From: Mantamonas sphyraenae STR306
Lineage: Eukaryota > Protista > CRuMs
Direction of reading: 5' to 3'
DNA: 64,000 nt
Assembly: GCA_026936335.1 (NCBI GenBank)
Contig: JAPMXV010000044.1
Span: 248,001-312,000, forward strand
Of this stretch, positions 50,534-62,203 are shown piece by piece (the first letter of the stretch is position 1; every line of letters begins with the position of its first letter). Both the position numbers and the translations under genes were made by a program. The notes below the pieces were generated by a model that saw only the letters and a program-made list of their open reading frames with translations, made no database searches and was not told the DNA's origin.

Positions 50534-52408
50534 ATGTCGGCTAGGCCCATGCGAGGGAGACGCACGGGGGCGTCGAATGCGAGGAAACGAGGAGGGGACA
50601 ATGGGCAGCCAGCGTCATCGTCATCGTCGTCTTCCTCCTCGTCGTCGTCATCGAGGAAGGGAGGGACGGCGACGAACAGCGGCAGCGGCAAAGCACGTGG
50701 GACGGGCGTGGGGCCCAAGGCGACAAGCAATGGGCCAGAGAGGAAGCGAGTGGGTCGCACGGGTGCAAAGGTAGGCACAGGGAGGAGAGGAAGCAAGAAG
50801 GAGGCGGAGAAGAAGACAGGGGGCGGAAAGAAGGTGGAGCCGCAGCAACGGACGGTGGCAGAGACGGCAGAGGCCATGGCGGCGTCGTGGAGCGCGGTGT
50901 CGTCCATGGCCTACGCCGGAGAGGTGGATGAGGTGGATGAGATTGAGGAGGAGGAGGATGTGGACGACGTGCTGGGTGTGGGACGCAGCAGCAGGCCAGC
51001 AGCGGCAACGGCGGTGACGGCCAACGAAGTGGACGAAGTGGAGGACGAGGACGACGAGGAAGAGGAGGCTGTGGCAGAAGATAGAGCACGCAAACGCAGT
51101 CAGGCAGCAGGAGGGCCATCGACATCGACATCCACATCGACATCGACGTCGTCGTCGTCTGGGGGCAGCACAACAACCACACGGATCGTGGACAAACGGG
51201 CAGCTCGCAAGAAAAAGGGCAGCGTGCGTGCTGTGCAAGAGGCCAATACGCAAAAGCTGGCTGAAGCAATGGCCAAGGAGAATATGCGCATGGCTGGAGT
51301 GAGTCCAAGTGGGCGCATTGTGTCTGTGGGAAGCAGCGGGGCTGGAAAACGACGAGGGTCGGGATCCACCAGCACCAACACAGCGTCAAAGGGCAGCAAG
51401 AAGACAGCGCCAGGGACAGGGACAGGGACAGGGACGAAAGGACGCAATGAGGTGTCGTTGGGACGGGATGGGGACAACGAAGCCAAGATGGAGAGTGTGG
51501 AGCATGGGGAGAGTGGATTTGTGTTGCAACGGGTTCGTAGCGACGCGAGTGTGGGCTCTGTGCTGCGTGCGTTGCAGGACAGTCTGCTGCTGAGTGTGCC
51601 CGTGTGGGACCCAGAAGCCCAGGAGTATACGGGCATGCTGGACTCGCTGGACATCATGGCCTTTGTGTGGCGGCATCGAAAGAATCCGGAAGCCAGCCTG
51701 CGGGTGCGGCTGGACGACGCGTTTGACGTGAGTGCGGCGTCGCCATGGCTACCGGTGAAGAAACGCACCTCGCTGCTGGAGATCCTCAAGTTGTTGAACG
51801 AGTATGGCATGCACCGCGTACCTGTGGTCAGCGACGACGGCGGGGACGGGACGTCGCCATCGGTGGTGAACGTGATCACCGATGCGGGTCTCTTGCGCGA
51901 GACCTACGAGTATGTGCGTGAGTCGTCGAGTGAGAGCCAGGACGTGGGTCTGACGGAAACGGTGGGGGAGGTGTGGGACAAGAAGCACCGTGCGTTGGTG
52001 ACAGTGACGCCGGAAATGGCACTGGGGGAGGTGTTGCAACTCATGGCCGAGGAGAGGGTGTGGGACGTGGCTGTGGTGGACGACACACGCAAGCTGGTGG
52101 GTGTGGTGGGCACACGTCAGTTGCGCTTCCTGCAGGGACGGACCGTGGAACGGCAAACAGCCCTGTTTACGCTGGATGTGGCCTCGTTCTTGGCCAGCTA
52201 CGACACAGGCAAAAGCAAACAAGGGCGACGCACATTTTCGAGCGACGACAAACTGCTGGATTTGATGCAGAGCATGAGTGAGGACAGACACAGGTGCTGC
52301 TACGTCGTCGGAGCAGAAGACAAAGCTCTGCGCTACGGCGTCGGCGTCATGGATGTCCTTCAACACATCGCCGGTGCCGGCGATGAAGTGGATGAGGACG
52401 AGGCATGA
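50534..52408 (+). CDS. Four-CBS-domain protein (AMPK-gamma/SNF4/Sds23-like) with long low-complexity N-terminus
   Basis: LSVPVWD..YTGMLDSLDI, MHRVPVV..VNVIT, VAVVDD..LVGVV. Confidence 0.8.
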   Translation: MSARPMRGRRTGASNARKRGGDNGQPASSSSSSSSSSSSSRKGGTATNSGSGKARGTGVGPKATSNGPERKRVGRTGAKVGTGRRGSKKEAEKKTGGGKKVEPQQRTVAETAEAMAASWSAVSSMAYAGEVDEVDEIEEEEDVDDVLGVGRSSRPAAATAVTANEVDEVEDEDDEEEEAVAEDRARKRSQAAGGPSTSTSTSTSTSSSSGGSTTTTRIVDKRAARKKKGSVRAVQEANTQKLAEAMAKENMRMAGVSPSGRIVSVGSSGAGKRRGSGSTSTNTASKGSKKTAPGTGTGTGTKGRNEVSLGRDGDNEAKMESVEHGESGFVLQRVRSDASVGSVLRALQDSLLLSVPVWDPEAQEYTGMLDSLDIMAFVWRHRKNPEASLRVRLDDAFDVSAASPWLPVKKRTSLLEILKLLNEYGMHRVPVVSDDGGDGTSPSVVNVITDAGLLRETYEYVRESSSESQDVGLTETVGEVWDKKHRALVTVTPEMALGEVLQLMAEERVWDVAVVDDTRKLVGVVGTRQLRFLQGRTVERQTALFTLDVASFLASYDTGKSKQGRRTFSSDDKLLDLMQSMSEDRHRCCYVVGAEDKALRYGVGVMDVLQHIAGAGDEVDEDEA

Positions 52409-52502
52409 GGCATGAGGCGTGAAGAAGCGAGAGTGCTGTGTGTGTCGAGGACGACGAGGCATGAAGAGTGCTGTATGTACTGGGGTTAAACTACATTCTG
52501 CT

Positions 52503-53396
52503 TTACATGAAATCGTCCTCGTAGTCCTCAAAGTCGGTATACTCCTGATGCTTGTTGCTGTTCATGTTGTCCAGGGTCATCAGCGACTCGTACGAACGCA
52601 CCTGCTTCTCCTTCTTCTTGGCTTCCATCTCCTCCTCCTCCTTCTTGCGTGCCTCTTCGCGCTGGGCACGTTCACGCCTGCGTTCGGCGGCGTCGCGCTC
52701 CTGACGCAGCTCGGCCAGGTTGGGAAATTCCTCGCGTTTGGTCTTGCCCAAACGTCGCACAATGTCCTTGTCCTTGGTCACGCGGCGTCGCAGCACCAGC
52801 TTACGCTTGTGGAACCCCACTTGGCCCACATCCATGTCGCTGCTCTTGCGCAGGTTGCTCCACATGGTGTACACCACGTCGACCGTGTTCTTCTTGCTCC
52901 CCTCGATGCTGTTGGCCTTGACCAGTTGGCACAGGTCTTCCAACACCTCTTCCGGGATGTCATCAATGGTGTCTCCTGGCGGCAGGCGAAGGTACACGTG
53001 AGCCGAGCTGAGCTTGTCCACGTGGAACCACACATCTTCTGGCCAGCCGTACGCAATCAGCTCCTCGTTTTCGTGCTTGTCTGCGCCCATGTAGCACAAG
53101 TAGTCGGGAACTGTGCGGTGTCCCATGGCCATGCCGTGTGTGTGCATGTGTATGCGTGCGTGTGTGTCCGCGTGGTGTGTACCAAACGAGGGTGAGCAAA
53201 AAGGCAGGTGGGTGGACGGAAATGGGGCCGAGGTGGACGGATGTGGACGGGGGACCGACACTAACCGCAAGTTTCGAAGTACAAGACCTGGACAGACACA
53301 CAAAAGCGCCCACCCGCCCCACCAGGAGAAGGAGAAATGTGTCAGCGGAACCATATGGAAGGGGCAATGGAGGAGGTGGACGATGAGGAGTACCAT
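52503..53396 (-). CDS. CCDC25: CCDC25/Jlp2 (NFACT-R domain); probable ATG-only first exon and 22-nt second exon
   Basis: [48 protein letters not shown] end; spliced N-terminus M|VLYFETC|VPDY. Confidence 0.9.
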   Translation of the reverse strand: MVLLIVHLLHCPFHMVPLTHFSFSWWGGWALLCVCPGLVLRNLRLVSVPRPHPSTSAPFPSTHLPFCSPSFGTHHADTHARIHMHTHGMAMGHRTVPDYLCYMGADKHENEELIAYGWPEDVWFHVDKLSSAHVYLRLPPGDTIDDIPEEVLEDLCQLVKANSIEGSKKNTVDVVYTMWSNLRKSSDMDVGQVGFHKRKLVLRRRVTKDKDIVRRLGKTKREEFPNLAELRQERDAAERRRERAQREEARKKEEEEMEAKKKEKQVRSYESLMTLDNMNSNKHQEYTDFEDYEDDFM

Positions 53397-54405
53397 GGTG
53401 ATGTTTTCGCTGGTTACCCGCGTGCTGGTGCAAACCAATTTCATCGATCAGCGCCGGTCATGTCTCTTCGACTGCCTGGCCAGGACAACCTGCAAGCGTC
53501 ACGCATGCGTTCGGGCTCGGCCATGGCGTCGAAATCCGGGGTCAAGGCGAAGAAGCTGGACCAGAAGTTTGACGCCAAGAAGCTGGGCTTCACGGTGGCC
53601 CGCAAGGAGCTTGCGGCCTACGAATTCCTGTGTCACCAGGCCGAGGTGCGCGACTGGATGTTGGCTGTGTTTGAGGCACATCCGGTGGACAACGACAAGG
53701 TGCACATCGACGTGGAGGCGGCCAAGAGCAACCTGCAGCAGTTCCTGCGCGACGGCGTTGCCCTGTGTGCTCTGGTCAACTGCATCCAACCGGGTGTGGT
53801 CAAACGCATCCACACAGGCACTTCGGTGCCCATCAAGCTCGTGGAGAACATCAACTTTTTCCTGGCCGCTTGTGTCGAGCTGGGCGTGCGAAAGGCAGAG
53901 ACGTTTGGCAGTGTCGATTTGCTCGAAAACAAGAACTTCCCTCGCATTGTCTACTGTCTCCATGCCCTGGCCGCAGCCGCCGCCGCCTCGGGATTTACCC
54001 CCACACTGGGTACGTGTGTGTGTGTGTGTGTTCGTGTGTGTGTGTGTGTGTGTGATTCAAGGAAGCAGGGTGCCCCCAACTGCTGGCAAACCCCTTCTCC
54101 CCTCTCAGAAACCCCGTGGCTGACGCACCGGTGTGACACACCACACAGAAACCAAACTGGGCCAGTTGGACTTTTCGTCAGAGGAGATGCAAGAGGCGGC
54201 GGACGAGCTGGCCAAGGTGGAGCACAGCGTGTCACGAGCGCGCAAGAAGAAGAAAAAGGTCAAGACGGCGACTCTGAAACGACGTGCCAACAAGGAGGAG
54301 ATGCGCAAATGGCAGCAGCAGTTCGAAGAGGAGGAACGGCTCAAGGCCGAAGCCGCGGCAGCAGAAGCGGAAGCGGCAGCCAAAGCCGCAGCCGAGGAAG
54401 AGGAG

Positions 54406-54437
<32 letters not shown>

Positions 54438-57329
54438 CGCAGCAGAAGCAGAAGCAGCCGCAGCCGAGGCAGGAGCATCGTCGAGCAACAGTAGCGACAG
54501 CAGCTCAGGAGGAGGAGGACGCAAGCGTGGACACACGATGGCCCTGAGTGTGGATTCGGAGTACAAACGCAAGCTGTTTGAGCAGATGATGATGCGGCGA
54601 ACGGCAGGGCAAGGCCAGCAGCAGCAGTCGAGCAGCAGTGCGGGTGGCGATGGAGAGGATGGAGACGAGGGAGACGAGGGAGAGTTGGCATTGGTGCCGG
54701 TGTTGTTTACATGGACAGGCGACAACAACAGGAAGGTGGAGCTTGGATTCTCCTTCAGCGACTGGGAGGAGACAGTGCCACTGTTCCGTCGTGGTGTCCA
54801 GGGCCAATTCTCGACACTGGTGTACCTGGAGCCTGGTCTGTATGAGTATCGCTTCCGTGTGGACGGTAGCGAGGAGTGGTCGATTGCTCCCGATCAACCC
54901 ACTGGCAACGATGAGGAGGGCAACTTTGTCAATGTGGCCGACGTCACACGTGACAGTGTGTCTCTAAGCACCCTCAACTCTGTGTGTAAGTGATGGACGT
55001 GTATGTGTGTGTGAGGAAAGAGGGGTGAAACACTCACAACGACGCGTTTTCCCACACAGTGGCTGGCGACGTGTTCCAATGGGGACGCAAGAATCACCAG
55101 GAAGCATGGTTGGAACCGATGCGCATGGACATGTTGGGACGAAAGGAGATTGTGTATGCTTCGTCTGGGGCGGCGCACACAATTGCATTGGATCGCAAGG
55201 GCAACGCGTACACGTGGGGCAGTGGCAACTTTGGCCAACTTGGCCATGGTGATCGTGAGGACCAGTTGATTCCGCGTCGGTTGGAACGGTTTGCCAACGA
55301 AACGGTGGTGGAGGTGGAGGCCGGGTTCATGCACACGGCGGTGCTGCTGGACAACGGCGACCTGTACGTGTTTGGCCAAAACGAGTTTGCCCAGATTGGC
55401 GTGGATTCGGACGCCGTGTTTGTGAGCGAGCCCGTGTTGGTGGAGGCGTTGCGTGGTGAGGTGGTGCGTGTGACGTGCGGCTTTGCAGGCACGGCTGCGT
55501 TGACGCGGGATGGCAACGTGTACACGTGGGGCAGCAACGACAGCGGGGAACTGGGCCACAGCAACACGGAGCGGCAACCGGTGCCCAAGCGAGTGGTGGG
55601 TCTGCGCTACAAGAAGCTGGTGCACCTGGACATGGGCTACTTCCACATGGCGGCGGTGACGGACAAGGGGGAGCTGTACACGTGGGGACTGGGCGACCAG
55701 GGCCAGCTGGGACTGTCACACACACGCAACGCACCGGTGCCTGCTCGGGTGGGCGAGTTTACACAGTTCAAGGGCAAACAGGTGGCGTCGGTTGCGTGCG
55801 GGGCGTTTCACACGCTGTGTGTGCTGACCACGGGCGAGGTGTACGCGTGGGGCAACGCAGGACAGGGACGACTTGGGGTGGGACGTGTGGATGAGTCAGC
55901 GGTGACCGTGCCCACGCGCGTGGAGGGCCTGGAGGCAGGGGAAGGGATGCGAGTGCTGGCTGGGCATCACCATTCGTTGGCACTGGATGGCCAGGGACAG
56001 GTGTGGGCATGGGGCGCAGGACAACATGGCCAGTTGGGCATGGGAGTGATGGGCAACGTGTGGGAACCCATGCGTGTGGAGTCGTTGCAGGACACGCGCG
56101 TGTCCAACATCTGCGTGGGTGAAGAACACAGTGGGGCCATCGACGACGAGGGCAACGTGTGGACGTTTGGGCATGGGCAACACGCCCAGCTGGGCCACCG
56201 ATCCAGTGGGGCCAAGGTGTGGCCAGCGCTGGTGGCCGATTTCCAGGCGGTTCGCGTGACCCAAGTGGCCTGCGGATGGAATCACATGGCCATCCTCAGT
56301 GAAAGTGGTGACGTGTACACGGTGGGTGACAACAGCTACGGACAGTTGGGCCACGGCAACACCGAGTCGTTGGAGGCGCCGCGTGTTGTGGAAAGGCTGG
56401 TGGGACTGAACATCGGGTACATTGCCTGCGGGGCAGACCACACCGTGGTCGTCACCACCAACGGCATGGTGTATGCCTTTGGACGCGAGGGAGCCTGGCT
56501 GAGCAACGGGTTGGCGGTGGACAATGGCGAGGGGGAGGAGGATGAGGAGGAGGGTGGCAAGCGCGAGGGAGGCAACCAGCTCACGCCGCGGCTGGTCACC
56601 TCGGGCGTGTTGGAGGACATTTGTGTGACACAGGTTGCGTGTGGGTCGTTCCACACGTGTGCACTGACGGATGAGGGCCAACTGTGGGTGGCAGGTTCGA
56701 ACGAGTATGGGAGCGTGGGCACCGGGGGCGGCGTGGAACAGGAGATTGACGTGCTGCAACACATCGACGGCTTCCCTGCGCTGTGTCAGGTTGCGTGTGG
56801 CTTCACCTCGACGACGGTGTTGACCAACGACGGGGAGGTGTGGACGTGGGGCTACCAGAGCAGCGGGAGCAGCAGCGAGGAGGATGGCAAGAGCACGCCG
56901 CAGCTGCTGGGTGGACCCCTGCAGGGATTGCGAGTGACGCAAATCAGCAGCGGTGCATTCCACTCGTGTGCAGTCACGGACGAGGGCAAGCTGTATGCGT
57001 GGGGCAAAAACACCAACTGGGTGTTGGGCCACTCGCACGGCGACGACGACCTGAACGAGTTTTTCGACACCCCGCAGCAGGTGTTGGGCGAGCTGGAGGG
57101 GCGACGGGTGGTCTTTGTCACGTGTGGCCATTGGCACACCATGTGCATCTGCGACGACGGCGCCGTGTTTGCCTGGGGCGTGGACGACTACGGCCAGCTC
57201 GGTCTCGGCGGCACCAACAAAGTGCGCCAGCCCAAAGAACTCGAGTTTTTCCGAGGCAAACAGGTCTACCAGCTAGCATGTGGCGAGCAGTACACTGTGG
57301 CTGTGGTGCAAGAGGGAGAGACGTTGTGA
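53355..57329 (+). CDS. CH domain + coiled coil + AMPK-beta-like CBM48 + ~14 RCC1 repeats; introns 54010-54148 and 54986-55059; start uncertain (53355 or ~53505)
   Basis: [24 protein letters not shown] (CH); VLFTW..V...[22 protein letters not shown] (CBM48); repeated VACG.FHT..G.VY.WG...GQLG. The RCC1 ORF begins at an acceptor (cacag), not an ATG. Confidence 0.8.
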
Positions 57330-57433
57330 AAGACATTTCACGAGTGGAGAGCCAAGAAAACTCGCTTCAACATTGCCCACCTACGGCCGATCACGTAGCT
57401 CGTGATTTTGGTAAATTTTGGTAACAAAGTGGC

Positions 57434-58496
57434 ATGCTGGGGAATACTGAGTATGGGCAAGGAGGCGTGTTGAGTGCTGACGAGGCGCAGGAGAGGATCA
57501 ACCAGGCCGACACGGCGATGCGCACTCTGTCGGCCTTGGAGACAATCTGGGTGTTTATTAGCACCTTTACAGCCTATTGGATCAACCTGTTGAGTGAGTG
57601 GAAAGGTTGAGGGTGGAAAGGGGTTCGGAGGGAGGGAAAGGGGAAACGACGGGAATGGAAAGCGCGAATCGGAAGGAGTGCTGACCCACGCACGCGCACA
57701 CGCACAACCACAGCGGCGGTTGTGGCAGCGTGTGCGACAGTATCGTACACGTGTGGCTGCTGTGCGCCGGAAGGATCCCCCGTGTATGACCGCAAGCGGG
57801 GTCTGAGGACGGTGAGTGGGTGGGTGGGGCTTTGGAAAGGTGGTGGATGGAAATCGTGCTGTGTACGCAGCGCTGACACAGACAGAGAAATGGATGTGCG
57901 TTGTGTCCATGCGTGTCCACGTGTGTGTGCGTGTGTGCACACAGTCGGCCATCATCGAGACTGTGGTGTGTGGTGTGGACGTGTTGATTATTGCGTCGGC
58001 CATTGCCTTTCAGCTGCTGGACGGTGAGGGTTTGGACGATGATGACACGATGGCCTTGGTGGCCACCGCCGTGGTGGTGTGTCTGCGTGCCCTGGGTCTG
58101 TTCTTTGTGTGGCGTGCGCAGTCATCGTTCGATGTGTTGGCCACCAGCCCTGTGGTGACGGGCTTTGGCGGCAGCGGCTACGACCGCCAGCGTGCGTCGT
58201 CCCACCAGGCCATGATGATGAACCCAACCAACAATCCGTACCTCAGCCAAGGGTTGTCTGTGATGCAACAGCAACAGCAGCAACAGCAGCAACAGCAGCA
58301 GGTGTATCTGGCGCAGGCCGCAAACGAGGACGACGCCCCGGGGCTCTATGCTGCTGCCGCACAGCCTCACATGGGCACCTTTGTGGTGCCAGAGGGAGAT
58401 TCAACGGATGGTGTTCTGGCCACAGGACAGCCCTTGTACTTGACTGGTGTGCCGAGGGCAACCAATATGGACGAGAGCAGCCGATCGAATGAATGA
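57434..58496 (+). CDS. CGCC 4-TM protein, paralog A (3 exons), Q-rich tail
   Basis: Spliced MLGNTEY..MRTLSALETIW..|..YTCGCC..|SAIIETVV..CLRALG. Confidence 0.7.
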
Positions 58497-58621
58497 ATGA
58501 ATGAGATCATCAAGGAGGAGGGGTGGTTGGGTGTTGGGTGTGACATTCAGCATGGAATGGGACGGGTGGGTGTGTGCACTGCCCGAGGCAAAGGAATTTC
58601 ATTCATTGCCAGAGGCAGAGG

Positions 58622-59810
58622 ATGGCAGAGGCAGAGGAGCGGTTGATGGCCATCATCGCGATGTACCTGCGTTCCATGCTGATCGCAGAGATCTTTTGGC
58701 TGGTGGCCACGTTCTTCCTGTCCATTGCATACACCATCACGTCTGCCATCTCGTTGGTGGCGTTGAGCATGTTTGTGTGCGGCTGCTGCTCGACGCCGAG
58801 TTCGGATCCGCGGCGGCAAGTTGCCACCCTGGCAAGCACAGGTGTGATCCTGCTGGCAGCCTCGGGCTTTGATCTCATCTTTGCCATCATCTTCTTTGCC
58901 GTTGGCCTGTGGTTCCCCGGCCTCATGGGCACCCTGATCATTATTGTACGCGTGTTTGGGGTCAGCGCCGTCAACCAGCAGCGTCGCGCCCTGCTTCGCA
59001 TTGAACCCACCCACACAGTCGTCGCCGTGCAGGGAAGCTCAGGAAACCACTCGCAAGCACACATTGGCAATCCATATATGGGGTAAGTGGGGTGTCCCGC
59101 GTCGTGGCTTTCCCCTGTCATTCTCCAGGAGCGGACAAAAACGGTGAACGGCGGACGATGCTCGGGTCGAAACGGCCTGAATGGATTGGCAAAACCCGGT
59201 TGAAACACGGGGCAGACACATCGCTGCATGAAGAATGGCATGGACACATGCCCACACATATACAGATAGACACAAGGGTCATCCACTGACACCAATCACT
59301 GCCTGTGCAATCTGTGCTGGTGTTGGAAACGGTGGGAATGTGCCTCAACTCGCACTCGCGACACACACACACACACATTCTGACTCGCTCATACACAGGG
59401 CACAGCCTGTATCACAGCCTGTGCAGCCACAATCGACACGTGGGAGCGGACACATGCAACACAGCTGGGAGAGCGGGAACAGCCAGAGTGGGAGTGGGTA
59501 CAGCCCTTCGATGGGGTACCAGAACCAGACGGCCAACACACAGGACTTTGTGTTCAGCACAGGTCAGGGAGGCCCACCGTCGTACGACGCAGGAGCCGTG
59601 TATGGGCAACCCGTGTACCAGGGCACAGTGATTGGCCAGCTGGTGCGTGATTCCCCGACGCCGGTCATCACAGGTAGCGTCGGTGTCATTGACATTGGCA
59701 GTTCAGGACGCAACCACAACGACGATGAGGAGTTTGGGGACGATCAGAGCAACAACAACAACAACAATCGCAACAACAACAACAACAACAACAACAACTC
59801 GTACTTTTGA
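58622..59810 (+). CDS. CGCC 4-TM protein, paralog B (intron ~59083-59398), PPSY tail
   Basis: LRSMLIAEIFW..FVCGCC..IIVRVFG; low-complexity S/G/Q/N tail. Confidence 0.72.
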
Positions 59811-59859
59811 AGAATGAAAATCCCCATCGACTTTTGCTGTTTTTTCCGTCCCATCACGA

Positions 59860-61039
59860 TCAGAAACCAGAAGGAGCACCGCCATTGTTGTTGTTGTTCT
59901 GCGGAGGCATGGCGTAGGCGGGCACAGCGTCGCCTGTGTAGGTGGGCTGGGGTCCCTGTGCGTACCCAGGGGCACCCGAAGAGAACATGTCAAAGGATTG
60001 ACCCTGAGGTTGCTGCTCCTGCATACCCATGTCCTGTGCGTTGTCCTTCGGGGCGTTCTGCGGCGGCGGCGGTGCGCCACCCTGCACGGGAGACCCCTGC
60101 ACGACAGGCTGACCGTAGCTGACGGGTCCACCGTACACGGGACCATTGATGTTGTTGTTGCCTCCACCATTGCCCATGGCCGAGTACGGCGTGCCCTGCT
60201 GCGGCTGGCCTTGGAAGGCATTCGAGGCAGGGTAGGCGCTGTGGACCATCGTGCTGCCACCTGCACCACCTGCAGGCGTGGCATACGTGGCTGGCGTAGC
60301 GTACGTGACCGTGTTGTCGCCTCCATTGAACACCAGGTACGTCAGGCACTTGTCGTTCTTGATCACCAGCGCAAGCGGGATGACACGGAACACAACCAGG
60401 ACCAGGTTGACGATCCCCCCCACAGCCGTGAAGCCATACTGTTGATAGACCACAATCTGTTCGATGGCCGCCCAGATGTTGGCCACCAGCGCCTGCACAA
60501 TGCCCACTGCCCCAACACGCAGATACTTTCGAGCTACAGCATCACCCTGTTGTGCGTTGTAGCAGCAGCCACACGCAAGCGTGGACGTCATGATGCACCC
60601 AATGATGTTGACTGCATTGAAGAGAGTGTGGGTGTGTATGAGGGAGTGTGTGCGCGGGTGTGCCACGTGTGTCAGCGAACGAAACGGGCCGGGAAACGCA
60701 CGTCAGCCCATGGGAGTACAACCGCCTTACAGAGGAATGTGAAGCCATAGCCAAGGCCAAGGAGGTTGACAGCAATCATGATCGACTCAATGGCCTGTGT
60801 GAAGCCACGTGCGGTTGTGTTTCATGCGTACCACAGCACCCATGTGTGCACGCAGATGCGGTGCGTGTGAGTTGTTTCGCCGAAGGTTAATTTTTTCACG
60901 TCGAATCTGGGATCTTGGGGTTGTGCTCGGTCCCCTCCGCTTCCTACTGGCCACTTACACAGGCAACCTTCATTGATGTGATCGATTGCTTCTTGCCCGC
61001 AACAGCTTCCTCGTACGTCAACGGTGTGGAGGTGTCCAT
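59860..61039 (-). CDS. CGCC 4-TM protein, paralog C; exons 61039-60959, 60794-60731, 60611-59860
   Basis: SMKVAC|AIESIM..|FNIIG..LACGCC..VFRVIPLALVIKN; P/G/Q/Y tail. Confidence 0.75.
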
Positions 61040-61258
61040 GATGGCAGAGTTTGTGTGTGTCGACCTGTGCGAAGCGGTCCCGTCGCCATCCTCCCTTCCA
61101 CCACCCACAGCTGAAGACATTCCTGTTTTTGCAAGCCATCCAGTGTGTTGGTACACCACATTTTGTTTGTTCTCAGCGACTGGAACTCTCATTGCGCCTT
61201 CGAGCCGCCGGAGACCATGTTGACCACCTCCAAGCTCCCACCTCGCCCCAAATCCCTC

Positions 61259-62137
61259 CTACGTCTGACCACCAGTCTGTCCAACATCAGGTTGAGCTGC
61301 CTCGCTTTGCAGCACATCCTGCATCTGGCCATGGCCGTTAACGACGACGACACGCCGGGATGAATCCGGCGACACACGCGCAGCGACACTAGCTGGTGCC
61401 ACATGCACGTGTGTCCTCGACGAATGATGGCGTACGGGTCTGCTGGCATACTCCCCCATGCCAACATCAAACACAACCAGGCCCAGGCCGGAGTCTTTCG
61501 TCGCTCCTCCGACGGTCGTCCCGTTCCGGATGATCAGCACAGCTGGAATCATTCGCAATGGGATTGGAAGCATCACCAAGAAAATCACCTCCACGGACGA
61601 CCATCCGCTTGTTGCCCCTCCCATTCCGCCGGCCAGCAACAGCGAACCAACCACACACGAGGCAGAAATCGCAGATATCAGCCCGGCAAGGCCTAGCCTC
61701 AGCAACAGGACCACAGAACCAGAATAGGGCCGCCCACTGGCCCTGCATGTCAATGCAATCGGCAGCATCATGCTTGCAGAAGCCACGTTGCCTGTGATTT
61801 GATTTGGGAGGAGACGACAACGAGTTGCATCAGCAAATAACAAAAGATCCCACAAAGAACTCTCCGGCCGGCCTAGGCCATGTGAGCCAAATCCACAACA
61901 CTTACACCAGAACAACGGCAGCTGTGATTTCTGCATCATCCCCAAAATAAACACTTGCGCCAGTTCGCCCAACTGCAAGACAATGGGGCGCTGGGTCAGC
62001 GTCTGGAAGCGCCCGGAAATACGTAAAACTCTCCGGATCCCGCCGTTCAAACAAATCCCGCTCCAGCAACTCACCCAAGCGACACGCATGGCAGAAACAC
62101 TCTGCTCCATTTTGACATTCAAGCATGGGCCCATCAT
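61259..62137 (-). CDS. Divergent 4-TM paralog D; exons 62137-62075, 61972-61906, 61791-61259
   Basis: SAMRVAW|LGELAQ..|CNVAS..LRMIPAVLIIRN, with the same intron positions and phases as paralog C. Confidence 0.6.
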   Translation of the reverse strand: MMGPCLNVKMEQSVSAMRVAWVSCWSGICLNGGIRRVLRISGRFQTLTQRPIVLQLGELAQVFILGMMQKSQLPLFWCKCCGFGSHGLGRPESSLWDLLLFADATRCRLLPNQITGNVASASMMLPIALTCRASGRPYSGSVVLLLRLGLAGLISAISASCVVGSLLLAGGMGGATSGWSSVEVIFLVMLPIPLRMIPAVLIIRNGTTVGGATKDSGLGLVVFDVGMGEYASRPVRHHSSRTHVHVAPASVAARVSPDSSRRVVVVNGHGQMQDVLQSEAAQPDVGQTGGQT

Positions 62138-62203
62138 TGTTTTTCAGAACCCGTTTGCATTCTCCTTGCCACGACCCGCGCATTGGCACCTCCCAACACT
62201 TCA

